Assembly: GCA_043228905.1 (NCBI GenBank)
Contig: JBHGNT010000005.1
Location: 5,580,001 to 5,644,000 of the forward strand
Source of the DNA: Azolla caroliniana
Taxonomy: Eukaryota; Plantae; Polypodiophyta
Reading direction: 5' to 3'
DNA: 64,000 nucleotides
Under the pieces are notes generated by a model. It searched no databases. It was not told the DNA's origin and saw only the letters and a program-made list of their open reading frames with translations. Shown here piece by piece: positions 45,673-57,559 of the stretch. The first letter of the stretch is position 1; each line of letters opens with the position of its first letter. The position numbers were made by a program, and so were the translations under genes.

Positions 45673-47088
45673 TTATTTTTTTCCTTTTATTCGAGAAATC
45701 TCCTTCTCCTTCACTGCTAATGTTTTTGCCATATCCTGAAATAAATCCCCTAAGATTGCATATGAATTACTATGGGAATGCAAAACTCCAGACCCCGATG
45801 GCTCCTCATGTGAACGAGGCACCGATTTCCGTTTATTCCAAGGAACATACAAATTACCTTTATTATCAAAAGATAATTTCTTTGGATAGTCCTCTTGACG
45901 AGCCCATGGTTTATTCCGCATGGGATGTGTCGGAGTGACCTTCTCCATAGATACATTATGCCCAATATTTTTATTAGACTTCTTCGTCTTTCCAGAAACT
46001 ATTGACCATTGTCCTTCATCCTCTAGAGTCTTTCCATCCTTCTCATTCACAATTTGTGGTTCCTTTGTTTGCTCTGAAATTGTCAAATCTTGAATCTGAT
46101 CATGAGTTGTAGGCTCTTCATGTACCACTTCCACTACATTATTTCTTTTCTGAGGACATTCAGCCATAAAATGCCCCAACACACCACAATGGAAACAATG
46201 TCCTGCAAATGTACCCCATTTAAGCCGAAAATACATAGGTGGCATACCAGAACATGCAATCTGTAAACAACTTGGCCTCTTTATAGCAGTATTCCAAAGA
46301 ATACACATCCGATATCGATTTTGAGCATTAGCACTAGGAGGCACCAAGATCTTTCCCAACTTTTCCATCGCTGACTGTAATATTGGCCAAACCACTAAAT
46401 ATGTGCACTCTACCTCAACCCATACGGGACACTCTTGCTTTAATATATCTTGGTATTCCACTAATGATCTCCACGGAACAATATGAACCAAACTTTTCTC
46501 ATAAAAAACTGGCAATTTATTGAGTAATTTCTCTTTATACTCTTGTGATACCAAAACAACCTCATAAAATCCACGAGGACCAGCATAAACATCCTGAACA
46601 CAATCAGCTTGTAAAATCCCACGTAACCATTGTTTGACCCTCCAAAGGAAAGGTATATTTCCCGTGAAAAACAATATGACCCCTTTATCACAAAAATTAG
46701 CAAATGAGCCCAAAAACTCCTTATTGTCTATTTCTACCTTAGCCACTTCATCGTCAACAAACTCCTCAACAACTTTCACATTCTCCCTTATACAATCTTC
46801 CATTAATATATTTGCCATGCATCTTAAATGTTCCCAATGACTATCATCTTTCTCAATATCATCTTGTCGCATTGCATCAGCATAAGACATGTCATTACTA
46901 TTATCTCCAATACATCGTTTTCTTTTACCATCCCCTCTTGGGCTTGATACTGACTCAACCATGCACGCATCCTTTGAAGAATTTGGAGACTCATCCATAT
47001 TCATGAAAACACTACCATCCATATGACAAGAAATAGGAGAGAGTTCATTTACAAGTAATTGTGTTGGAGAAGGAATCAAAGCAAGCAA
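45673..47088 (-). CDS. L1 ORF1 (DUF4283-like region plus zinc knuckle); true start uncertain
   Basis: CPVWVEV, CFHCGVLGHFMAEC; stop lies 3 nt before the ORF2 ATG; track start is TTG. Confidence 0.8.
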   Translation of the reverse strand: MLALIPSPTQLLVNELSPISCHMDGSVFMNMDESPNSSKDACMVESVSSPRGDGKRKRCIGDNSNDMSYADAMRQDDIEKDDSHWEHLRCMANILMEDCIRENVKVVEEFVDDEVAKVEIDNKEFLGSFANFCDKGVILFFTGNIPFLWRVKQWLRGILQADCVQDVYAGPRGFYEVVLVSQEYKEKLLNKLPVFYEKSLVHIVPWRSLVEYQDILKQECPVWVEVECTYLVVWPILQSAMEKLGKILVPPSANAQNRYRMCILWNTAIKRPSCLQIACSGMPPMYFRLKWGTFAGHCFHCGVLGHFMAECPQKRNNVVEVVHEEPTTHDQIQDLTISEQTKEPQIVNEKDGKTLEDEGQWSIVSGKTKKSNKNIGHNVSMEKVTPTHPMRNKPWARQEDYPKKLSFDNKGNLYVPWNKRKSVPRSHEEPSGSGVLHSHSNSYAILGDLFQDMAKTLAVKEKEISRIKGKK

Positions 47089-48418
47089 TCATGAGATGCA
47101 TGCAATCGAATGGAATTTTTACTCGTAACGTTCTACCAAGACCTCCAAATGATACGTGCAGATACTCTTTAGAAAGCTTTGTGTGCAGGTTTCGAAACGA
47201 GCTAAAGAACAAAGGAAACGTTCTCTCTCTCTCTCTCTCTCTCCATTACTTCTATATGGAGTCGTGAGTTATCCTAAGACTATAAAATTAGAGGTGAGAT
47301 GTTTGGTGGGTATTTAGCAATTGCAAACTAATAATGAAATGTTTACAGAGCATATCGCTTAAGATAACTATGTGAAAACAAGAATAGAGACTTTTGCATG
47401 GGTGGAGCACAAACAAATGACAAAATAGGACCAAGAGTGGGTAAAGACCATGAAGCAAAGTAGTGTAAAGGAGATTTTCGTTGAGAATGACAAAACAAGA
47501 GCTTTTGAGAAATATGGAATTGATTCTTGCACAACCGGTAGCTCATTCATCAAACTTAGCACATGCAATTTGGACAGTTGAAATGATGGAAAGTTGAAAC
47601 TAGTTCTTTATTTAGTTTGGATTTGTGTTAAGTCTATTGAGTGAATTTATCACTTTCTTATTAAAAAATTTCATTAAAGTTTTTTCGTTAAAAAGGGGAG
47701 TTATTGAGTACTTCGCCGAAGTGGTTAGCACTTTTGTAGTTTGCTTATGTATGGTTGACTACCATGCTTACCCAACTCACCCCTCAATAGTATACTTGTA
47801 AGAAAATTTTGACAATTATTGAGAAAAATGAACAAAATATTTTTACAAGTGCGCAATGTCTAGGTATAGGATTCATGCTAAACATCACAACTTTATCCAA
47901 AAAGGAGCAATAAAAACGCATGAACTAGCAATAGTATACACTAACTAAGCCCACGCACATAAGGACTTCAAATTCTAATGTCATATATCCACATTTTGAC
48001 ATATCTTGGCACACTTTGAGCTTGTCTGGAATCCATACATTTTGCATTATAATAAACTAATCATTATCCATGCATTATAAGTGGTGGTAGACTGTGCTAT
48101 ATCATATGTTTCATCAATGATTGATTGTGTAGTCTATATGTTAAAATGGCACGACCTTTCATAGTGTCATTTGTCAAAGCCTAAAACTATTTCAGCGCAC
48201 TTTGTAATAGTCTACTTATGAAGTGGGAACAATAATGTAACAAACTTTGACCGATTTTGCATTATCAAGTGGGAATAACTTATTTTAACAAGTTTGATCA
48301 AACTCTATTATCAAGTCAACATAAATAAGTTATGGTGTGATAACTTATTGTAAAAGGTTTGACCAAATTGCATTCTCTTGCAAAGAGAAAACTTTGCCTT
48401 TTATAGATAATAAAGAAG

Positions 48419-48658
48419 GGGGTTATAAATTTGATGAAACCAAAAGTTAATAATACAGAAACCATGCCATATCCAAATTCAATGAAAACACAACATTGGG
48501 TAGGGGTATGGAACATCAATGCCCAATACAATGTGTGTGGGGGTTATAAATTTGATGAAACCAAAAGTTAATAATACAGAAACCATGCCATATCCAAATT
48601 CAATGAAAACACAACATTGGGTAGGGGTATGGAACATCAATGCCCAATACAATGTGTG
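48419..48658. repeat. Perfect tandem duplication, period 121 bp
   Basis: GGTTATAAATTTGATGAAACC at 48421 and 48542. Confidence 0.9.
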
Positions 48659-49236
48659 TTATCCATGATATGCACACCATTTTTTGAGGGTGATGACTTC
48701 ACATTATGCCAATCTAGAGGAGAAACTATGTAACACTTGCATCAAAGATAAGTGCATGAGCGAATCCCCCTGAAATGTGAGCATGTAACATGAGAAAGTG
48801 ACATTCATTTAGAACCTCCAATCTTGATTATGGAGGTTTTGATGCACATTGACTATGTTCGTTATACATTTTGCACTTAAATACATGTATGTATATGTAT
48901 TTACATCTAAAAATGTAACTATGTATTCTATTTTAAGTTATTAGCATAAGGTGCTTGCTATCATCCTTGTTCTAGCGTCTCAATTATTCTTTGTATAGCA
49001 CTACATTCTAGATTTTGTATGTTATAACCTCCAAGTAGTGGAATATTATAATCAAGTTATATTGTAATGTCAAGTTCTTTGGGAGGATGTCATGGTGTCG
49101 TGATGTGGTGTGTGTGAAGAGAGAAAAGAAACTAAATGTCCAAAGTTTACAATAGCTTAAGGTTTTGGTTGAAGATGTACCTAGAAGGAGATGAAGCTAA
49201 ACTAAGAACTAAAGATAACTCAAGTAGCCAAAGCCA
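48580..49236 (+). repeat. Dispersed repeat copy B (homologous to 8212-8956)
   Basis: Colinear with copy A except that it lacks a ~92 bp segment. Confidence 0.85.
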
Positions 49237-49260
49237 ACCAAAAGTTAGTAATACAGGAAA

Positions 49261-49333
49261 TGGAGATGACGGGCATCGATCCCGCTACCTATCGCATGCA
49301 AAGCGATCGCTCTACCATTTGAGCTACATCCCC
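49261..49333 (-). tRNA. tRNA-Ala(TGC)
   Basis: 73-nt cloverleaf, G3:U70 pair, anticodon arm ATCGC-TTTGCAT-GCGAT, upstream CAA and AT-rich box, downstream T-runs. Confidence 0.96.
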
Positions 49334-51270
49334 TTGTTGGACACCATCTTTATAAAAACATATTTATAATGTGGATGGTGTCACAAACCACCCATATTTA
49401 TTTGCAATGAAAAAGTAAGCGATTCTTTATTTCTTGTTTTTTTCAACGTGTAAACATGTCCTTTTATGCCGTGGTAAATGCACCATGCACAAAAACAAAC
49501 CCTTGACAAAGAGTTATGATGACCTAGGTTCCATTATTATACAAAAAGTGTCTTGTCACTTGTGACCAGCTAGCATTCGTGTAGAGGCATTTTTTGAGAC
49601 ACATCCCTCTAGAAAGAGGAATTACAAACAAAATGATATGTCAGTTCATGGGAAAACGGGTCTTGATTAATGCATATTAAAAGGGCCATAAGGTGTGCAA
49701 CAAATTATTCGATTCACACCTCCACTCCAACGTCGATCTTATCGTTTATAAACTATAGTTTGAGCACCCTTTTGTGTTTGGTGTAGACACCAAGTTTGTG
49801 TAGCGGTTGGGACCCATCCAACTATTGTTACCTTTATACACTAAATAGTTTGTCGATGGCTAATGGTTAATGGAGCTTCTCATAGATTTAATTTGAGGGA
49901 AGAGTTGTCTTCATTATATAATAACCAAAGAAAAGATCCCAAACTACTCAAAAAGAAAGAAAGTGACGAAGTCCTTTTATACTACATATATAGGCAATAA
50001 AGTGATAGGCAATAAAGTGATTATTTTGATGTAGTGTTTATCCACTAATCCATTATCCGTTAAATGTATTGATTGATTATTGTATTATGAACACAAGTAC
50101 TATGTTGACATCGAGCATGATTATTGAGGAAAAATCAATGAAATGATTCACTAAATAGTGTGACAATCGGTATGTAGCAATATTTGAAACTAGGATGGGG
50201 TACACCAATTGTGGGTACAACGAGGGATAGTTTTTGTGTTTTCCCTCAAAACTATGACTAGAGAGTCGAGAGTCGAGACTCAATATTAGACACTTATTTC
50301 TTGTGCACAAGAAAAGAAAACAAAATGACCATTGAGCACTCATTAGAAATCATGAATCATAAAGATTTCTATTACTTTGCATATACATATTGGAAGTTGT
50401 GGTCCATTTAATGACATGGAAATAAAGTGCTAACATTAAATGCAATACCTACTTTTAAGACTTATTCACAAGTTTAAAGTCTAACCATTGAACCCTCCAC
50501 CTCATGCTTAGGTATATGCTAAGAGTTATTAGTCATGACCATGGCAAATTGCGTTAAAATAATACTTGTTTTTTAAACATTTTTGTATATGCTCATAGGT
50601 TATATCTCTTTAACATGATGTGATTCTAATCCATACAAGCCCATTTGATTGCTCTCAACATAATCATGTGCATGTGTCAAATTGTTTTTGATAGTCATGT
50701 CCAGCTATGGTCGGAGTTAATAATATACATCAACCAATAGATGTTTATCATCTATTCATGATGCATGAGTTACTAATATACGTTAATGAATAAACCTTTT
50801 ATATCCTTATTGTATTATGGCAGAATAAGTTACTGAAGTTACTGACAATAAAGAGTCAAGAGCTAGAGTTGAAGAAACTATGTGAATTAAATATGCAAAA
50901 AACTTAGGATGCAGGATAAAGGAACTTGGGCATAGTGTTATAAATTATAATATTCTAATACATATATTAATTTCATTGCTTTCTATCATATGGGCACACA
51001 AATGGACATGGTCAAACTCAAAACCCATCACCTCAATGATATCAATTTCTCATATATACATATGCACATTGATCCAATATTATGAAATCTTGTCATGCAT
51101 GATCCCTAAATGTAGTGTTTAAGTTGAACTAGAATGACTCAACAAAGACTAGAGCTTTTGCTTATATAGTATGGTTCGAGTCATGCATACTTGACATCTT
51201 GTTTCCATGCATGATCATCACTGGGTATTCATGCAAGCATGCCTTTGTTTGTGTGAGCTACTATGATAAT

Positions 51271-51706
51271 TAACAATCGGCAATGGTTTGGTTTGGTTTG
51301 AGAGGGTCCAAACTGTTTAAATTTTTGAAACCTGAACCAAACCATGAAACCGTTTAACCGAACAGTTAAACCATTAAACCGTAAAAACCATGGTTTCGTG
51401 GTTTAGTTTCGGTTTTGAACATAGGTCTAATTTTTAATTTTTTTAATTTTATAATATTTCATGATTTAAAATTTTTAAGATGTTCCTAAAATGTGAGAAT
51501 AAGGTCTAAAAATGAAAAGATTGTTTAAAAACAATTTTTAAAATTTTTTAGCATTTAAAAAAAAAAATATATTAAATAAAATAAAAAAACCGTTTAAACC
51601 GCGATTTTTGACTGTTGAAACTGAACCGAACTGTTGAAACCGTTAAGCCATTAAACCGTGGTTTCACGGTTCAGTTCGGTTCAAACCGAACCGTTGTTGA
51701 TTGTTA
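51271..51706. mobile_element. hAT-type MITE (436 bp)
   Basis: TIRs TAACAATC...GATTGTTA extending about 25 bp imperfectly, 8-bp TSD ATGATAAT (51263-51270, 51707-51714), subterminal AACC/GGTT repeats. Confidence 0.9.
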
Positions 51707-54700
51707 ATGATAATAATATCTCATAATATTTCATCATAGTACACCCTTTGTGTCCTAATGACACTTTTAAACTTAAACCCTTGCGTGTAAGTTAATACCA
51801 TGGAACTTAGAAGGAATGATTACAAGGGCAATATAAGAAGAGATTTTGTTGTGCTAGAAAGAATGATAACAAGGGCAATATAAGAAGAAATTCTATTATG
51901 TTAAATACGATACACAGAAGTTTTTAGTTTATACACTCCAATGTTGCCCCATCTGAACCAAATAAAAAACTTGGAAATCTCATCATCCAAATTCTAAACA
52001 TTAGAGATAAGTAAAACATTCTTAACTTTAGATAAGTATAACTCATTTGTAGATTTTTTATTAGATGTAGGTAAATTTTGGGAGTTAACATTGAGGGAAC
52101 CCCATGCATTAGGAAAACCCACACATAGATGTAGGGCTCCATTGATCATACATTCTCGTATGTGCTTGAAAACAACATGTTCCATAACTAATACCAAAGA
52201 GATCAGTCGAGAGGTCAACAAATGAGAGATTGATTTCCTAGAGTATCAATCCGTGAATCTCCTCGGGGCAGTGACTTGTGGCTCAAACTTCATTAAAGCT
52301 AAACATAAGTGTAACAAGACAATGATGGTTCTAATGTGGTGTTTATAATTAACTCTTTATAGTTTTAGTTTAAGAACAAGCACAATACCAATCCATTTAT
52401 AAACCAACATATTTAAAATATAAATAATTACGTTACAAGTAAAAACGATAATGTTGGGGCTTAAAAGTCATTGTTGATCAATGCATATACATAATGATGA
52501 TAACACCAATGAGTAATAAGATTACATTTCAAGCTCTAAGGCATCTTTCTTAAGTAAATCCAATCAATTTGAAAAATGTGTCCTCCCAAAGAGGGTTATC
52601 AACCATCTAAATATCAATTGTGAAGCTAATATTGATTATGAAGCACAAGTCGAGGAAACAATAGACGCTCAATATTCTAAGAAACAAGAGCCAAAACATT
52701 TATGAAGCACACATGTTGTTTTCTTCCCAAGTGAAGTGCATGAAGAACATGTATGAAGATAGATGCCACCACAACCTTAACATTATCAAAAACTCGACTA
52801 GGAGGCAAAATATGTTCCATGATATCTTTCACACTTGTTTTTTTTCCCATCATCAACACGGATACTTGATCATTCAATGAGTTTATCCATGAAAGCATTT
52901 TATTATATGTCCATGAATGTGTTCATAATTGTCCCCAATTCAAAGTTTGTCATCGAGGCTATTGATCATCATGAGCATCAAACATGACAGAATAGTCTTG
53001 GCAACAAAAATGGTGTCCCATTTGTATGAATACGAATGTTTTTGCCAAGGTGACACATTTCTCCAAACATAGAATATCTTGAATTTTGTATGCTGCCTTT
53101 TCTTTGTTTCACATGGTCCTATTTTGTTGATCTTCCTTTTTCTTTATCCTTGGACAATATGTATATGTTTAATATTGTTTCCTAAAGTAAGACAATGAGT
53201 GTTTAACTTTCCGTAGTTTGACCAATTTTCTACACTCTTCAAAGGCAACATGTTTCTAGATGAAAACAAAATATCCTCAAGGACGGTGACCAAATGCTTT
53301 CTCTTTCTTCAACGATGGGAACCTGTGAACCTCTATGGCTCAATCATGTTTGGTAAATCTGCATCTTTAAGATTTGCAACCTATGTGGTGTTGGGTTGTG
53401 GCCTATCGTCAAATCTACGAAATATTGATTTGCCTTCTTGACGTTCCTTTTTTATTGATGGTATACCTGCCATTTTAAAGTTAGTCCAAAATTTGCGCTA
53501 AGCTATAACTTCACAATATTTTGTTATCTAAATATCTTCACAAGTTTACAATCACTTTAGAATTGAAAGATATCATGTCGACTATCCTTAGTTTAAAGCA
53601 TTCACATTGGCCTTGCAAGGAGAGAGCTAGGATTTAAGATAACCAATTAAGATAGCAAAGGGCCTATTTTATTCGATTTTAACACTCCACTCACCACATA
53701 CTTCACTATAATTGAAAACATATTGACATAAGGTGAACCGGATTCTCGAATTCCACAATAGATCTTTGTTTTAGGTAAGGGTAAATTGTAACACCATGAG
53801 ACATTAAGAATCAAGTGTTATCACAATATGTTATATTTCGTGAGGGCACACATTAAGATATTAACACTCAAGAGTTAGCAAATAAACATGCAAGAAAGTT
53901 AGGGAACATGATTCCATAATCCACATTAGACACAAGCTTGAAGACAATCGCACAAGTTGCATTATGTACTAACTTCAATGCCCGCAGGCCCAACCATCAA
54001 CTGTAACAAGGAGAATGTGCATATTTCGCCTTACTTTTAGATTGATATGTATACACATTGAGATTTATTTATTTTTCCAAAATGAAGCTACTTTCCCATT
54101 AGTTAGGAAGGATTATTACATAGAGAGTCTACAAGGACACTTATACACACATCGGGGAGTCTTCCCCCGATCAAGTAAAAGAAGATGAGCCTACTTACAA
54201 TGCCTTGCGGCCTAACTTAATGTAAGAAGCTACCTATATCTAAGGCGATGCCCTTCAGTGTTGCCTAGTACGAGTTGGCTCTTGGGGCCTACAACGAAGA
54301 GAGGGTGGCAGGTGAGTAGGAAACACATTAAGATATTAACATAGGAGTAGAATGTGTGTGATTATATGACATATCAAAGTTGTAAACTTGTTTTGATAAT
54401 TTCAACACAAACCTTCAAAAGTTTTATCATTATGCATAAAATGTAGAAAGTTATGCAAAAACAATATACGATTAGCTATGCCTGATGATGATTATCAACT
54501 AGCCATATTCACGACCATGGTATAAAGTTTTTCAAACATTTGTCGAAAACAATCATTTTTTGAATTCCCAATATGTTGCCTCAATAATCTTGCAATAGAC
54601 TCATCTTATTGAATGGCTTGTACTTTTTTAAGGAAATAGGTTTTATAGTGTCACTTATTGAGGCATTGAACCAAACTATTAGTATTAAATAGCTATTTTT

Positions 54701-56867
54701 ATTACCAATGAGAGACATTCTACTATGTGTGCATTAATGTCGATCACCAACATCCTCATTGTCTAGTAGAATATATATTTATATATATATACATCCACAC
54801 GAAATAGATAACGATTTATAAAATAGAGAGAGAGAGTTGTCATTGGTATAGCTCACTTGGTATAGTAATGGACTGTCATGTATCACACGTTTGAATCTTG
54901 CATTTCAAGAGAATAACTAAACAAATATGAGAATGGATCAACATGATCTTATAAATAGGCCCGCCCTCCAGAAGATGATAATAACTTGTGGGTCATGACT
55001 CATAATTGATTGCATTGAGAAGTTCAAACATAATCAAATTTCAAACTTCTCATGAACACCTATAATTGATTGCATTGAGAAGTTATATTAAAACTATAGC
55101 ATGAAGAAGAATATGTTGCGTCACTTGTTTTCAATAACATGTAGTTATCGCCACTAAGCATTGTTAATTGAACGATGCCCCATTTATTTTGTTCTCTTCT
55201 TTGTCCTTTTTTTTCCAAAAAAAAACTCTTTCCATTAGCTATAAAAGTTCTACAGATGAGATTATTATATACAAATCCCTATAGGGACACATAGGTCCAT
55301 CTTATGTGTCTGCCCACTGCCTCAAGAAAGGGAGAGGACGACCATTGTTGGCTTCTTTGTCCTCTTTATATGCATAAACCCTTTTTATGTATGAATAAAT
55401 ACATACGTTAGTCTCTCATTTCTTGTGAAAATTCTCAATAAACATAAACCATTAAATTTTTAGGAGTCACTAAGGAAAAATAAAAAGCTTAAAATACCTT
55501 GGCTTGTATGCTCCCTCCAAGAATAGTTAGAATCATAATAAATGCTACTTGGTTTTTGGAAAGAGGTGAATGTACTACGCATTTGACAAGACATGCCATG
55601 AGGGAGAATGACAATTTTGGGCTCAAATATGTGGTTGACACTAGTAACATCTCTTAGTTCACTTGGAAAAAGTTTGAAAATGTCCAACCATATTTACTTT
55701 GGAAATTTCTTCGTATTACGATACAAATGTCATGCACAACCCTACTAGGGTTTAAATACTTTTCTCATTGACCTCCTGACATAACATGGGAACCAAGTAA
55801 AAAGATGAAAAGACATATAAACGCATAATATTGAGTTATAGATGGATGCAAGATATGAAAAAATGGTTTATACGGTAGGATGCTTATGCTTGTTTCATGA
55901 TGCTTCAGTGGATTGCCTTGAAGAATGAGGTAACTTTTTATCGATTCCAAACTACTTACTCCGCATTCTTTTCTACATGAGACTAGGTATCAAGACATTG
56001 GCCAAAGTACTTGTTTAATATGTCCATTTTATCCTAAACAAGGTTGGGAGTTTGAGAGTCGCAATTTACCATATTCCTTTGTTGAACACAACGTGCACAC
56101 TCAATTTGCAATGTTCATGAGTAAATTTTCTAGACATTGAGAGTCACTAAACCTACACATATACTTATAGTGTTTTCACTTTGGTGACATAACTCATATT
56201 GGATCTTTTAGGACGATAATAAAATCTACTTTTTTGTCCTGCTCTAATTCTTTTCATAATTCTAATATCATACGAATTGGGAAATTTATGAAGGCTCGCA
56301 CATCTTACATTAGGCTAAGTACCCAACCATAAAACCATATGATTTTGAGAATATGAGAACCAAACACAATTTTACATCTACTTCTTCCGCATCACTGGTT
56401 GTCCATAAAATGTATAGTCATGTACAATTAGCTTAGATCTAAAAAATTTCGGTGCGAGATGCGGCACAGAGTGATCGGTAAAGAGCCTCATGTGTTATGC
56501 ATGTATATGTCGGGCAAGTAGGTCACATGCTACAAATTTTTGGCCCCTTTACTTCTGTCAGGGTATATCTGTATACAAATTTCTCTTGTGACCGCAATCA
56601 AACCATCTCAATTAGATTACTCATAAGAAAAACTTTTGAGCATTGAAAGCAATTGGTTTACTTTCGATGAATGGGTAAATACCCCATTTTTGTTGTAAAC
56701 CAATTGTCTCATGGGCCAAGTTTGGTCTTAGAAGACCTTAATACGACTTTCTTTCTTTCTCTCTCTAAGAAAAGTTCTCAAAGTTGTCTCTTTTGGTGTC
56801 ATATGTCATATTTTAGAGGGATAATATTCTTGTGTTTTATTAATTTATTTAGCGAAAGTTTATAAAT

Positions 56868-56940
56868 GGGGATGTAGCTCAAATGGTAGAGCGATCGCTT
56901 TGCATGCGATAGGTAGCGGGATCGATGCCCGTCATCTCCA
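56868..56940 (+). tRNA. tRNA-Ala(TGC)
   Basis: Identical to the 49261-49333 copy; TTTT terminator at 56951-56954. Confidence 0.96.
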
Positions 56941-57559
56941 TGAGAGGTAATTTTACCTCATTAATAATGCTCAGTGAAATTTTCTCTGGGAGCGAGAATT
57001 GGCCTCAAATAATGTTATGAAGAGATTCTTTGCTATTGTCTCTCTCTCTATCTCTCTCGGGCATTTTCATCCTGATTTTCTCAGCCTTTTTTTTTACTTC
57101 AATGAGAGAAAGTATCATCAACAGGAAATCAGAAGGCTTTTCTTCTACTTCTTTCCATGTTTTAGGTCCTATGGACAGACCCGACCACATTGATATATCT
57201 GTTCGTGAGATTGATAAATTAACCAAAAGACAAAGGACATGATGATACCATGAAAAGAGATTGAATGAATGAACTTCTGAATCATCACATGTGGAAGAAA
57301 AAAGGTAGTTTTGATTGAATTGCAATAGACACAGAGAGGCCTTCCATTTCATGACAAAATATTATACATTCCATACTTAAAACCATATATATCTTCTCTC
57401 AATTTTATTACTATCCCTCTCAACACACAAACATGATGATGATGATGTAAGTAATTCCTTTTGGGATCTCAAAGTGCAAATCAAAGGGGGGCAACTATAT
57501 ATACATAGGTGCTGCAAAAAAGCAGAAAGAAAAAGCACAAAAAAAAGACATGGATGGGA

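Larger units (their letters stand above)
42989..47265 (-). mobile_element. L1-clade LINE, 3'-truncated, ORF2 disrupted
   Basis: ORF1, then APE (TWNVRGL, SDHFPL) and RT (WRPISL, LDIEKAYD, VRQGCPVSP); (GA)n in the 5' UTR; 5' boundary approximate. Confidence 0.92.

Noticed and set aside
52600-53475. Degenerate coding-like sequence on the minus strand
   Set aside because: Many stops and no motif I can recognise; needs tblastx or HMM search
54845-54900. tRNA-like TAGCTCACTTGGTATAG...GTTTGAATC
   Set aside because: No foldable cloverleaf; at most an old SINE or pseudogene relic
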